Shown here: one piece after another, positions 10,601-19,883 of the stretch | Layout of the letters: each line of letters opens with the position of its first letter | Position numbering within the stretch: the first letter of the stretch is position 1 | From: SAR202 cluster bacterium | Lineage (GTDB): Bacteria; Chloroflexota; Dehalococcoidia; UBA6926; VFHL01 | NCBI GenBank assembly: GCA_009392005.1 | Contig: VFHL01000006.1 | Location: 10,671-74,670, forward strand | Reading direction: 5' to 3' | Length of the DNA stretch: 64,000 bases | Made by a program: the position numbers and the translations under genes | The notes under the pieces: model-generated | The model's database searches: none | The model's input: the letters and a program-made list of their open reading frames with translations, nothing else | What the model was told of the DNA's origin: nothing

Positions 10601-11005
10601 GACCAAAAGCTGCCTAAACAACTCGCGATCTTCCGCCTGTTTTATCGTTTCAAGTGAAGTGCCCAATAATCGAACGTTGAACTCATCCAAGATCCCTGCT
10701 TCCGCAAGATCAACAGCTAAATTCAGTCCGGTTTGGCCGCCAAGCGTCGGCAACAAACCATCTGGACGTTCAATTTCTATTACACGTGTGACAGCTTCAA
10801 CAGTCAATGGTTCGATGTAAACAATGTCAGCAATGCCTTCATCGGTCATAATTGTTGCCGGATTAGAATTTACCAGAACTGAAGTCACACCCTCTTCTCT
10901 TAGCGCCTTACATGCCTGGGTTCCAGCGTAATCAAATTCAGCTGCTTGTCCAATAACTATCGGGCCACTCCCAATCACAAGTACCTTGGCTGGCTTATTA
11001 GTCAA
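7679..11005 (-). CDS. carB: Carbamoyl-phosphate synthase large subunit
   Basis: IGSGPIVIGQAAEFDYAG, two ATP-grasp halves, MGS domain. Probable start TTG 11005 after GAGAGG. Confidence 0.98.
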   Translation of the reverse strand: MTNKPAKVLVIGSGPIVIGQAAEFDYAGTQACKALREEGVTSVLVNSNPATIMTDEGIADIVYIEPLTVEAVTRVIEIERPDGLLPTLGGQTGLNLAVDLAEAGILDEFNVRLLGTSLETIKQAEDRELFRQLLVSLGEPVPESKTVTSLDEARAAAETIGLPLIVRPAYTLGGTGGGVADTWEEMETIVSMGLRSSPVNQVLLERSLVGWKELEYEVMRDASDTCITICNMENLDPMGVHTGDSIVVAPSQTLTDKDHQMLRSASLRIIRALGIEGGCNVQFALRPHPIVAEGMDLNVDDADPYYVIEVNPRVSRSSALASKATGYPIARVAAKIAVGKNLDEITNAVTDSTTAAFEPTLDYCVVKIPRWPFDKFPGGDRVMGTQMKATGEVMTIDRSFEVALQKAVRALEIGGRSLLWEDPEWDEFLGSSHLGSENELLFPPHDQRLWALMAALRRNATPVEIAQHTGIDPWFLDKLNRIVMMERRLLGEELNQDLLLQSKRLGFSDVQIATLADRLEDQVIALRKQWNILPVFKLVDTCAAEFDAVTPYFYSTYEQENEALPTNSATAVILGSGPIRIGQGIEFDYCSVHAAWALQEEGVRSIMINSNPETVSTDFDTSDRLYFEPLDSESVMNVLDNEVSMLSDGPEPPQSVVQFGGQTAINLAEKLDHFGMPILGSSLETIERAENRERFENFLEHEGIPQPPGAAVLTIEEAIEVTQYLGYPVVVRPSFVLGGRAMEVVHNDDELAAYVGIAAEIGQGKPILVDKYIEGREIEVDAVCDGEDVFIPGIMEHIERAGVHSGDSMAVYPGVTLTEDEIKAVVDYTVRLGRGLGIIGLMNIQFVLPIDHGSGDDENEPLYVIEVNPRSSRTIPFISKVTKIPMVKLATKVMLGQSLKSLGYYSGLWPDQGLWAIKAPVSSMAKLVGVDTYLGPEMKSTGEVMGVDNTFDGAMAKALIAANLGLRPDSSVLLSIADRDKEDAIPLVRQLVHQGHKLFATGGTAAMIANLDMPVTTVAKLGTGSPNVEEVIRDGTVSAVINTLTGGRVVLRDGFDIRRAAAEMGVPCFTSLDTARVAVISGVDKEHSYSIKPLNQYFKDEGTNGLQK

Positions 11006-11492
11006 GTGAACCTCTCTTTCCCATTGGGCGAGCAAGATCGTTGATGACTGCCGTCGCAGCGATTCCTTCTTGCCAAAAGTGATCCAAAATATCTTGGATG
11101 GCTAACAAACCTATCTTTTCAGGCGTAAATTCACAAAACTCATGGTCTTTATAAATAATGTGATTTTCTTGTTCGTTCATTGATTGTTTCACCCGAAAAT
11201 CCCAAGAATCCCTCGGAGGAACCCTGAAAAAGGTTAGGTCATCAGTTTGCTCAAGCAAGGTAATGAGCCCAATAAAATCACGTTTCTCAGAATGCCTTGT
11301 AGTGGTTGAAGTAATTGCGATCCTGACATACTCACGATTTTGACCAACCACTTCTAATTCCGCACCGATATTCCATTCTTCAATATGTGTATCCTCAAAA
11401 TATGACACCATTTTATCTGCCAGATATTGGGGAGACCCCCTCAAAACAACCTCAAATGGAGGTAGGGGCAGCCGCAGTTGTTTCTTTTCCAT
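10998..11492 (-). CDS. Hypothetical protein inserted between carA and carB
   Basis: 164-aa co-oriented ORF whose stop overlaps the carB start; no recognised motif. Confidence 0.65.
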   Translation of the reverse strand: MEKKQLRLPLPPFEVVLRGSPQYLADKMVSYFEDTHIEEWNIGAELEVVGQNREYVRIAITSTTTRHSEKRDFIGLITLLEQTDDLTFFRVPPRDSWDFRVKQSMNEQENHIIYKDHEFCEFTPEKIGLLAIQDILDHFWQEGIAATAVINDLARPMGKRGSLD

Positions 11493-11592
11493 ATCTAACC
11501 GATTAACCTTTCATTCGGATCACAATTAGCATTCATCAAAGTCCTCGTCAAAACCCACTTAGCACCAATCATTCGGCGTTTTACGAAATCCT

Positions 11593-12711
11593 TCATTCCT
11601 TCATTGACCCTAAAGCTTCGGCAACCGAGAAATTGGGTATCAAATCAAGGAATTCATTGAATATGTACTCGTTATCTCGCGGGCCAGGAGATCCTTCAGA
11701 ATGATACTGTACCGATAAAATCGGTAAGCTCTTGTGGCGCAAGCCTTCCACGGTTCCATCATTCAAATTAACATGACTAATTTCAAGGTCCGCAGGTAAA
11801 GAATCCCCTTCAACCGCATAACCATGATTTTGCGCTGTAATGTGAACATTACCCGATTGCAGCTCTTTAACAGCATGGTTCGCACCACGATGACCGAACT
11901 TAAGTTTGTAAGTTTTTGCGCCCATCGCACGCGCTATCATTTGATGACCTAAACATATACCTAATATCGGAAATTTGCCGATAATACCTTTAATCGTAAT
12001 TTCTAGTTGACTGAGTAAATTTGGGTCACCAGGGCCCGGGGACAAAACTAACCCGTCAGGTTTTAAAGAAACAATCTCTGAATCCGAGATGTCGCTTGGG
12101 ACCACTGTCACCCGACAATTCCATTTCTTCAGAATTCGTAATATGTTGAACTTCAAACCACCGTCAAGAACCACGATATGTGGACCAGTATTCTCTTCGC
12201 TATCTTCCCATGAATAATGTGTCGGCGTGGATACTTTACTGACAAAATTAGTGGCATCATAACGAGGGAATTCAGACAAACGTGATCTAGCAACTTCTGG
12301 TGATTCGTCAAACGATACCATGCCCATCATCACACCTGTGTGCCTTAAATGTCTTGTCAGAGCCCGAGTATCAACACCTGCCAATCCAACAATTTCGGCG
12401 TCTCGCAGATACGCATCCAACGTCATAATGCTCTTCTCATGACTCGGAAATTCGCACCACTCCCTCACAATAATTGAGCTCACCTGCACCTGGCCAGATT
12501 CAATATCCTCAGTGCTCAATCCATAGTTACCAATTAGTGGGTACGTGAAGGTAACCATTTGCCCGGCATACGACGGATCCGTCAAGATCTCTTGATAACC
12601 CATCATCGACGTATTGAAAACGACTTCGCCGGAGGTCTTTTTATCAAATCCAAAACGTTCCCCGTAATATACCGAACCATCTTCCAACACCAGAAATGCA
12701 TCCTTAACCAT
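11593..12711 (-). CDS. carA: Carbamoyl-phosphate synthase small subunit
   Basis: GEVVFNTSM, TDPSYAGQ, SPGPGDP, GICLGHQ, QYHSE. Probable start ATG 12711 overlapping the pyrC end. Confidence 0.97.
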   Translation of the reverse strand: MVKDAFLVLEDGSVYYGERFGFDKKTSGEVVFNTSMMGYQEILTDPSYAGQMVTFTYPLIGNYGLSTEDIESGQVQVSSIIVREWCEFPSHEKSIMTLDAYLRDAEIVGLAGVDTRALTRHLRHTGVMMGMVSFDESPEVARSRLSEFPRYDATNFVSKVSTPTHYSWEDSEENTGPHIVVLDGGLKFNILRILKKWNCRVTVVPSDISDSEIVSLKPDGLVLSPGPGDPNLLSQLEITIKGIIGKFPILGICLGHQMIARAMGAKTYKLKFGHRGANHAVKELQSGNVHITAQNHGYAVEGDSLPADLEISHVNLNDGTVEGLRHKSLPILSVQYHSEGSPGPRDNEYIFNEFLDLIPNFSVAEALGSMKE

Positions 12712-14083
12712 CCAACGCCCCTTTTCTTTCCACAGCAAATCGATTTTCAGAATCATGCACCACGCGTCCTCCGTAAACGGTTGCTACAACCTGACCGGTC
12801 AATGTCGCACCATCCAACGGTGTGTTTTTTCCTTTGGACTGGAAATTTGATGAATCAACAACCCAGTTCGACGAGAGGTTTAAAAGTGTAATATCACCCA
12901 CGCTGCCAACCGCTAAACTTCCCAGGCCACTAACTTTGGTAGCCAGAAGTGAGGCAGGTTTTTCAGTTAATGAACGAATCACCGTCAATAGATCAAGTCT
13001 TTTTTGTTGCACAAGCGTTAAAAGTAGTCCTGCAGCAGTCTCTAAACCGGTAAAACCCACCGCTGCGTCTCCAAACTCAACAAGTTTGTCCTCAGGTGTA
13101 TGCGGCGCATGATCTGTTGCAATAAGATCAATGACTCCCTGCTCTAAAGCTGTAATGAGAGCTTCGCAATCATTACTAGTGCGTAGAGGCGGATTAACTT
13201 TCGCTAATGTGTCATAAACGTGCCCATTTGAACCAAACTCGCGACGACCCAATATCCATTCGTGCGTCAGAGCCAAATGATGAGGTGTCACTTCAGCGGT
13301 TACAGATAGACCATCATCCTTAGCCCGCTTAATTGCCTCAAGTGAACCGGCAGTACTAACATGTGCAACGTGTAACCGGCCTCCTGTTTCACGGACAAGC
13401 GAGATGTCTCGTAAAATAGCAGATTCCTCTGCTGCAGAAGGAATCCCAACCAAACCCAATCTTGCTGATACCCAACCATCGTGCATCGCACCACCAGATG
13501 ACAAACCGATGTCTTCTGCATGTTCAATGATTGGTAACCCCACTCCCTTAGAATACGTTAGTGCTTGACGCATAATATTCGGATCGCTCACGGGCTTCCC
13601 ATCATCACTAAAACCAATAGCTCCAGCGCTTGCCATTTCGTACATCTCAGCCAAGTTCTTGCCATTACTACCTTCAGTAATTGCACCAATTGGTAAGACT
13701 CGTACAACACCTTCTTGACTAGATCTTTGATATACAAAATCAATTAGGCTCGCATTATCAAGCACTGGCTGAGTGTTCGGCATCGCACAGACCGTAGTAA
13801 AACCACCTACAGCAGCCGCTGTCGTACCCGTTTCAATAGTTTCTTTTGCTTCGAATCCCGGCTCGCGAAGATGGCAATGCAGGTCTATAAAACCGGGACA
13901 TACAATCAATCCTTTGGCATCTAAGATATGATAATTTTCGGGTAAAGCGGGAAGCTTTTCACCCTCTCTCATCATCCAGGAAACCACGCCGTTTTCGATC
14001 AGAACGTTCCCAAGAAAATCACTGTCCTGAGCAGGATCGATAATTCGCCCGCCCTTCACTAACAAGGGTATTTCTTGTTTCAT
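12704..14083 (-). CDS. pyrC: Dihydroorotase (type I)
   Basis: DLHCHLREPG, MPNT, KVNPPLR, ATDHAPH. Confidence 0.96.
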   Translation of the reverse strand: MKQEIPLLVKGGRIIDPAQDSDFLGNVLIENGVVSWMMREGEKLPALPENYHILDAKGLIVCPGFIDLHCHLREPGFEAKETIETGTTAAAVGGFTTVCAMPNTQPVLDNASLIDFVYQRSSQEGVVRVLPIGAITEGSNGKNLAEMYEMASAGAIGFSDDGKPVSDPNIMRQALTYSKGVGLPIIEHAEDIGLSSGGAMHDGWVSARLGLVGIPSAAEESAILRDISLVRETGGRLHVAHVSTAGSLEAIKRAKDDGLSVTAEVTPHHLALTHEWILGRREFGSNGHVYDTLAKVNPPLRTSNDCEALITALEQGVIDLIATDHAPHTPEDKLVEFGDAAVGFTGLETAAGLLLTLVQQKRLDLLTVIRSLTEKPASLLATKVSGLGSLAVGSVGDITLLNLSSNWVVDSSNFQSKGKNTPLDGATLTGQVVATVYGGRVVHDSENRFAVERKGALDG

Positions 14084-14088
14084 TTAAA

Positions 14089-15072
14089 TTAGTCTCCCGC
14101 CACAAGATGAAGTAATGCCATTCTTATTGCTACACCATTTTCGACTTGCTCATCAATTACAGAATTAGTACTACGTGACACATCGGTGCTAATCTCAATC
14201 CCCTCCATAACCGGGCCCGGATGTAAAAGAAGAGCATGAGGTTTTGCCTTACGAAGTCGTTCACTATTGATTTGATAATACTTGATATATTCGCGAATGC
14301 TGGGCAACAAACCCTGCTTTTGTCGCTCCTCTTGAAGGCGTAAAGTCATGATCACATCAGCATCCTCTAAGGCAAGATCTAATTCTGGCTCAACATTAAG
14401 ATGCCCTTCCACTTCCTTGTAAGCCAAAAGAAAATCGTTATGAAGCAGTGTTAACGGAGCACACAAAGTCACCTTAGCACCCATACATACGAGTCCCCAG
14501 ATATTTGACCGCGCAACACGACTGTGCAAAATATCGCCAACTATGACAACTTTTAGCCCCTCAATCGCACCAAGTTTATTTCTGATGGTGTAAAGATCAA
14601 TCAATGCTTGCGTAGGATGTGCATGAGCGCCATCTCCACCGTTGATAATACTCGTTTGAACGTGCCTTGATGCTAAGTAAGGGGCCCCGGCTTGCCGGTG
14701 TCGCATTACGATAACGCGCGTGCCCATTGACTCCAGCGTCCGAACGGTATCGATCAACGACTCTCCCTTCTCAACGCTGCTACCCGAACCCGAAACGTTA
14801 ATCGTATCAGCACTCATAATTTTAGCTGCGCGCTCAAACGAGGTTCTGGTCCGTGTACTGGGTTCATAGAACAAATTGACGACTGTCTGGCTTTGAAGGT
14901 CTGGTATCCGCGGGGTACGTTCAGAAAGAACTTCTTGCATTGTATCTGTAACCTCGAAGACAGTTTCAACTTCACTTCTCGAAAAGTCATCCAAGTCCAA
15001 TACATTGGACCGATTCCACGTATCTAACTGAGAACTAACCGATTCAGATAGTCCCTGGTTTTGCCTAGTCAT
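14089..15072 (-). CDS. pyrB: Aspartate carbamoyltransferase catalytic subunit
   Basis: FYEPSTRTRTSF, HPTQAL, HSRVARSN, RLQEER, HPGP. Probable start ATG 15072 overlapping the pyrR stop. Confidence 0.97.
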   Translation of the reverse strand: MTRQNQGLSESVSSQLDTWNRSNVLDLDDFSRSEVETVFEVTDTMQEVLSERTPRIPDLQSQTVVNLFYEPSTRTRTSFERAAKIMSADTINVSGSGSSVEKGESLIDTVRTLESMGTRVIVMRHRQAGAPYLASRHVQTSIINGGDGAHAHPTQALIDLYTIRNKLGAIEGLKVVIVGDILHSRVARSNIWGLVCMGAKVTLCAPLTLLHNDFLLAYKEVEGHLNVEPELDLALEDADVIMTLRLQEERQKQGLLPSIREYIKYYQINSERLRKAKPHALLLHPGPVMEGIEISTDVSRSTNSVIDEQVENGVAIRMALLHLVAGD

Positions 15073-15622
15073 CTTTTTGATCACCCCTCCAGAGAACCAC
15101 TTCATCGCAATCATCAATTTCTTCCATTCGAACACGAACATGTTCGTCTGCAGACGTTGGAATATTTTTCCCGACATAATCGGCACGAATCGGGAGTTCA
15201 CGATGCCCACGATCAACAAGGATGGCCAACTGTATTGCTCGCGGCCTTCCAAAATCCATCAACGCATCCATAGCTGCTCGCACAGTTCTACCAGTAAAAA
15301 GCACATCATCGACAAGAATCACGCGTCGATCAGATATTTCAAACTCTATCGAAATACTGCTTTTATCAATTGAACGACGGTCACGAGGCACAGAAATATC
15401 ATCACGATACAAACTTACGTCTAAGGAGGTGATCGGTACGGTGGTGCCTTCAGATTCTTCGAGAGCATGGACTATGCGTTGAGCTAGATAAACACCACGC
15501 GTTCGAAGACCAACGAACAATGTGTCATCAATACCACGATTACGTTCAGCTATTTCATGGGCAATCCGTCTCAAAGCGCGACGGATGTCTTTCGCTGCAA
15601 GTAGTACTCGTTCGTTCGACAA
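15065..15622 (-). CDS. pyrR: Bifunctional pyr operon attenuation regulator / uracil phosphoribosyltransferase
   Basis: RIAHEIAERN, LYRDD, VILVDDVLFTGRTVRAA, DRGHRELPIRADYVGKN. Confidence 0.97.
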   Translation of the reverse strand: MSNERVLLAAKDIRRALRRIAHEIAERNRGIDDTLFVGLRTRGVYLAQRIVHALEESEGTTVPITSLDVSLYRDDISVPRDRRSIDKSSISIEFEISDRRVILVDDVLFTGRTVRAAMDALMDFGRPRAIQLAILVDRGHRELPIRADYVGKNIPTSADEHVRVRMEEIDDCDEVVLWRGDQKDD

Positions 15623-15735
15623 AAAAAACCCCCTGTCATCACAGAGGGACCAGCGAGCGTTTCTTTGCTATGGCACCCGGCTCAATTATCTCGAGCGGTC
15701 CCTTGCCAGCCTCGCAGGACTGAATTAAAGGTACT
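15621..15735 (-). promoter_or_regulatory. PyrR-binding attenuator leader (binding loop, antiterminator, terminator)
   Basis: Minus strand CCUUUAAUUCAGUCCUGCGAGGCUGGCAAGG matches the PyrR loop consensus ARUCCNGNGAGGYU. AGGGACC (15703-15697) can pair with GGUCCCU (15651-15645). Terminator CCCUCUGU-GAUG-ACAGGGGG-U8. Confidence 0.92.
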
Positions 15736-16041
15736 GAAACGCTCTCAGATGCCTAGCACACTTGGATCATAACACACTTTAAGTGGCTGAAACATGAGAA
15801 ACAATTCGTTAGTAATTTGTTACAAGAGACCTTTATAAAAACTGCATCCTCACAATAAACACCGCCATCATACAGCTATAAACAATGCACAAGCTAATGA
15901 TTCAACTATTGATATTGAACCCACCATCCGACTAGTTTGGTTAAGTTAAATTATTACGAAACAGCTCGTATTGACAGCAATATATCGTGATGATAGCTTG
16001 TTGTCCTCTCAAAAATTGTCTGGGAGGACACGGAGACAAGA

Positions 16042-16884
16042 ATGCAAAAAGTCACTATCATCCATCAATCTCGACTCTCAAACGCTCCATCCATAGCGGA
16101 AGCATTAGCTGATGTTGTGACCCAACACGGTGCAAAAGCAATCGTTTACTCTACATGGAATGAACTTTTAGGTGACGACGTAACCGACAAAACAGACCTT
16201 GCCATAACGGTTGGTGGAGATGGAACGTTACTTCGTATGGCCCGAATAATGGCCGTACAGAATGTTCCCGTTATCGGCGTTAATATGGGCAGAATTGGTT
16301 TCACTACAGAACTTAGTGCGGAAGAAGCCGTGGAGAAACTACCCTTATTCCTCGAAGGCCAGGGGTGGATTGAAGAACGAACAATGTTGTCTGCCACGAT
16401 GGGTGATTATTCAGGAAACGCATTAAATGAGGTAGTAATCAGTCGCAATGGCCCTGCGAGGATAGTCCATTGTGTAATCCGCATTAATGATCAAATCATC
16501 ACAAGTTATCGTGGTGATGGGGCATTAATTGCCAGCGCGACAGGTAGCACTGGTTACTCTCTTTCAAATGGAGGCCCTGTACTTGAACCAGAGTCCACTG
16601 CAATCATTGTTAAGCCGATCAACCCTCATGTTTCACTGAACACGCCTTTAATTGTCGACGATGATGCGACAATAAATGTCCATGTACTAACAGATCATGG
16701 AGCCACATTAACGCTTGATGGAAATGAAGATGAAAATTTGATGACTGACTCTGACATATATATAAAAAGGTCTAATCTAAAAGCACGATTTCTGCGCTTG
16801 CGCTCAAAAGACTATTTTTACACTGTCGCGGCGAATTTGCTGAGCCGGGCCGTCCCGGTACCAACGAACACCAACAATCCATAA
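16042..16884 (+). CDS. nadK: NAD(+) kinase
   Basis: GGDGTLL, GVNMGRIGF, NE motif, GDG..ASATGSTGYSLSNGGP. Confidence 0.95.
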   Translation: MQKVTIIHQSRLSNAPSIAEALADVVTQHGAKAIVYSTWNELLGDDVTDKTDLAITVGGDGTLLRMARIMAVQNVPVIGVNMGRIGFTTELSAEEAVEKLPLFLEGQGWIEERTMLSATMGDYSGNALNEVVISRNGPARIVHCVIRINDQIITSYRGDGALIASATGSTGYSLSNGGPVLEPESTAIIVKPINPHVSLNTPLIVDDDATINVHVLTDHGATLTLDGNEDENLMTDSDIYIKRSNLKARFLRLRSKDYFYTVAANLLSRAVPVPTNTNNP

Positions 16885-16925
16885 CGTGACTTGACGTAAA
16901 TGAGGCAAAAGAGGAACATTAACCC

Positions 16926-17423
16926 ATGATTACCACTGAAGAATTAGTTGAATTGACAAAAAGGGATCTCGTTTTAGATAGAGCGAGTTTGTCTGATATG
17001 CCCCAAGTACACGCTATGATCAATGAATATGCTGATCGAGGCGAAATGCTGCACCGCTCACTCGCAGAATTGTATGAATATGTTCGCGATTTCACAATAA
17101 TCCGAGAAGCAGGAGGAGTAGTCGCATGTGCATCATTGCATGTAATTTGGGACGATCTAGCTGAAATCCGATCCGTCGCAGTGAAAGAGGATTTACAATC
17201 TCATGGGTTGGGAGCATTACTCGTAGAACATTGCGTAGATGAAGCACGAAGCTTAGGGTTAAGCCGAGTCTTTTGTTTAACACACAAGCCAGGATATTAC
17301 GAAAAATTAGGTTTCAATCGAACAGAAGTAATGTCATTTCCTCGCAAGGTATGGTCTGAATGCATTAGATGCCCAAAATTCAGTGCCTGCAATGAAATTG
17401 CGATGTCAATGGACCTGAAATAA
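16926..17423 (+). CDS. GNAT N-acetyltransferase, short ArgA-like (N-acetylglutamate synthase candidate)
   Basis: LAEIRSVAV..GLGALLV..FCLT..KVWSECIRCPKF..CNEIAM, typical of the short amino-acid N-acetyltransferase family. Confidence 0.8.
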   Translation: MITTEELVELTKRDLVLDRASLSDMPQVHAMINEYADRGEMLHRSLAELYEYVRDFTIIREAGGVVACASLHVIWDDLAEIRSVAVKEDLQSHGLGALLVEHCVDEARSLGLSRVFCLTHKPGYYEKLGFNRTEVMSFPRKVWSECIRCPKFSACNEIAMSMDLK

Positions 17424-17474
17424 GATTTAACGTCTAAATCCGATCCACATACTAGAAAGATCAGAACGAATATT

Positions 17475-18017
17475 ATGGCCAATCCAGAGCAGGTTACCAG
17501 CACAAAACGTATATATAAGGGACGTGTCATTGGTCTGCGTATTGATACAATAAAGATGGCTGATGGAACCGTTAGTGAACGTGCAATTGTTGAACATGGA
17601 GAGTCCGTCTGTATCGTTGCGATTGATGAAAATGACGTGGTGGTTCTCGTCCGTCAATACAGACTCGCAGCGGGCCAACACCTGCTAGAAATTCCAGCAG
17701 GTAGTATGGAACCCAATGAAACGCCTCTGGAGGCAGCACAACGTGAACTACGGGAAGAAACAGGTCGCCTAGCCAGCAAATGGGAAAAACTTGGCGGTTA
17801 TTACGCCGCACCGGGTTACACCGCCGAATTCTTGCACTTGTTTTTGGCTAAAGAGTTATCTAAAGGACCGGATGATCAAGATGAGGATGAAGATGTTGAA
17901 GTTGAAACACATGCGCTAAATTCCATTCCATCGATGATAGCCAATGGCACAATACGTGATGCAAAAAGTATTGCTGGATTATTACAAGTGATCCATGGGC
18001 TTGGCACACTGAAGTGA
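17475..18017 (+). CDS. nudF: ADP-ribose pyrophosphatase (Nudix)
   Basis: LVRQYR, EIPAGSME..AAQRELREETG, APG, DEDEDVE, IRDAKS. Confidence 0.85.
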   Translation: MANPEQVTSTKRIYKGRVIGLRIDTIKMADGTVSERAIVEHGESVCIVAIDENDVVVLVRQYRLAAGQHLLEIPAGSMEPNETPLEAAQRELREETGRLASKWEKLGGYYAAPGYTAEFLHLFLAKELSKGPDDQDEDEDVEVETHALNSIPSMIANGTIRDAKSIAGLLQVIHGLGTLK

Positions 18018-18176
18018 TAAAGGGTGTTAACAAAATAGTAATTACTACTATTTGACTGGCGTTTTTTTTGCATTTATTCCCTTGAATAACAACTTCTTTT
18101 GACGGTAAATTCCTTGCGACTGAAGCTAGCCAGTGATATTCTTTGACAGATATATTCCAGCTAGGACGGTGGTTCT

Positions 18177-19883
18177 GTGGCGACTATTCAACATGACGTA
18201 ATTATTATTGGTGGTGGTTTGGCTGGCATGCGAGCTGCTCACGAAGCTCTCACCCAGGGCGGAGATGTCGCCATGATATCCAAAATATACCCTACGCGTT
18301 CCCACTCTGCGGCGGCCCAAGGTGGAATGCAAGCAGCCTTGACGGAAGAAGATTCTTGGGAATCCCACGCCTACGATACTGTTAAGGGTTCTGATTATTT
18401 AGGCGATCAAGATGCAATTGAAATCTTATGCCGCGAAGGCGTGGATGACATTATTGCAATGGAACGCATGGGTGTAATCTTTAACCGAGATGAATCAGGC
18501 AAGATTGATGCCCGTGCATTCGGAGGAACATCCGCAAAGAGAACTTGCTTTGTAGCCGACCAAACTGGGCAAGCATTACTTCATGTGATGTGGGAGCAAC
18601 TACTTCGCCTTGGTCTAAAGACATATGATGAATGGTTTGTAACTGACCTCTTGGTCGAAAACAATCGATGTGTAGGATCGGTCGCAATGCAAATCTCCAC
18701 TGGCCAGTTACATCTCGTTCGTGCCAAAGCAACGGTACTTTGCACAGGTGGCGCAGGGCACATTTACGCCCCCTCGACAAATGGCCTAGCCGTAACAGCG
18801 GACGGATTAGGAATGGCATACAGAGCTGGCGCTTCATTAATGGATATGGAGGGCGTCCAGCATCATCCCACAACTCTGAAATCGAACGGAGTGCTGATAA
18901 CAGAAGGCGCTCGCGGAGAAGGAGCATATCTCCTTAACTCAAAGGGTGAACGGTTCATGGAAAACTATGCACCAAACATGCTAGAGCTTGCTTCACGGGA
19001 TGTTGTATCACGAGCAGAAACGACCGAGATACTTGAAGGCCGTGGTGTTGACGGAACCGTTTTCATCGACCTACGGCATCTAGGACGAGAACTTATCACT
19101 ACTAAATTAGCGCAAATATACGAATTGGCCCGAGATTACGCCAATTGCAATGTGATAGAAGAACCACTCCCAATTCAACCTGGATATCACTACCTCATGG
19201 GTGGGATAAAAACCGACGTCGATGGGCGAACTTGGGACGTAAGTGGCAACAATAAGTGGAAAGGTGTTGAGGCTTTATTCGCAGCAGGGGAAACTGCCAA
19301 TGTAAGCGTTCATGGCGGGAACAGACTTGGCGGAAATTCTCTTTTGGATACGGTTGTTTTCGGACGACGAACAGGTGCAGGTGCAGTCGAATACGCTAAA
19401 TCCGTGGATTATGGGGAGATTAGTGAAGCTTCGGTGAAAGACACCGAAGCACGTATCAAAAGTCTTTTTGACCGACCAGATGGCGTGCGATCAGCTACCC
19501 TGCGACGTGAAATGGGAGCAGCGATGAACGACGGTATTGCAGTGTTTCGCAACGAAGAAAGTATGAATATAGCGCTCCAAAAAGTGCGTGCCCTAAAAGA
19601 GAAGCTACCCGAAGTATCACTTCATAATTCTGGCAGAATATTTAACACCGACCTATTAGCATATTTTGAATTGGAAAACATGATGGATGTTGCAGAAGCA
19701 ATAGCCTTGAGCGCTCTTAGCCGCAAAGAAAGCCGTGGAGCACATGCCAGAACGGACTTCCCAGATCGGGACGATGAAAACTGGCTGAAACACACTCTTG
19801 CCACGAAAGGCAACAGTGGGCCAGAGATCTCGTATCTCCCAGTTACGATCACAAAATGGGAACCTACCGTGAGGAGTTATTAA
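18177..19883 (+). CDS. sdhA: Succinate dehydrogenase flavoprotein subunit
   Basis: GGGLAG, covalent-FAD motif RSHSAAAQGG, HPT, ITEGARGEG, ELASRDVVSRA, HYLMGG, HGGNRLGGNSL, ESRGAH. Confidence 0.96.
   Translation: MATIQHDVIIIGGGLAGMRAAHEALTQGGDVAMISKIYPTRSHSAAAQGGMQAALTEEDSWESHAYDTVKGSDYLGDQDAIEILCREGVDDIIAMERMGVIFNRDESGKIDARAFGGTSAKRTCFVADQTGQALLHVMWEQLLRLGLKTYDEWFVTDLLVENNRCVGSVAMQISTGQLHLVRAKATVLCTGGAGHIYAPSTNGLAVTADGLGMAYRAGASLMDMEGVQHHPTTLKSNGVLITEGARGEGAYLLNSKGERFMENYAPNMLELASRDVVSRAETTEILEGRGVDGTVFIDLRHLGRELITTKLAQIYELARDYANCNVIEEPLPIQPGYHYLMGGIKTDVDGRTWDVSGNNKWKGVEALFAAGETANVSVHGGNRLGGNSLLDTVVFGRRTGAGAVEYAKSVDYGEISEASVKDTEARIKSLFDRPDGVRSATLRREMGAAMNDGIAVFRNEESMNIALQKVRALKEKLPEVSLHNSGRIFNTDLLAYFELENMMDVAEAIALSALSRKESRGAHARTDFPDRDDENWLKHTLATKGNSGPEISYLPVTITKWEPTVRSY

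Noticed and set aside
14089..15252. Extended N-termini from the ORF track (pyrB 15252; also carA 12756, carB 11035, rpoB 41135, ABC ATPase 56928)
   Set aside because: The extensions overlap upstream genes or lack homology; downstream starts have SD sequences and match family N-termini.
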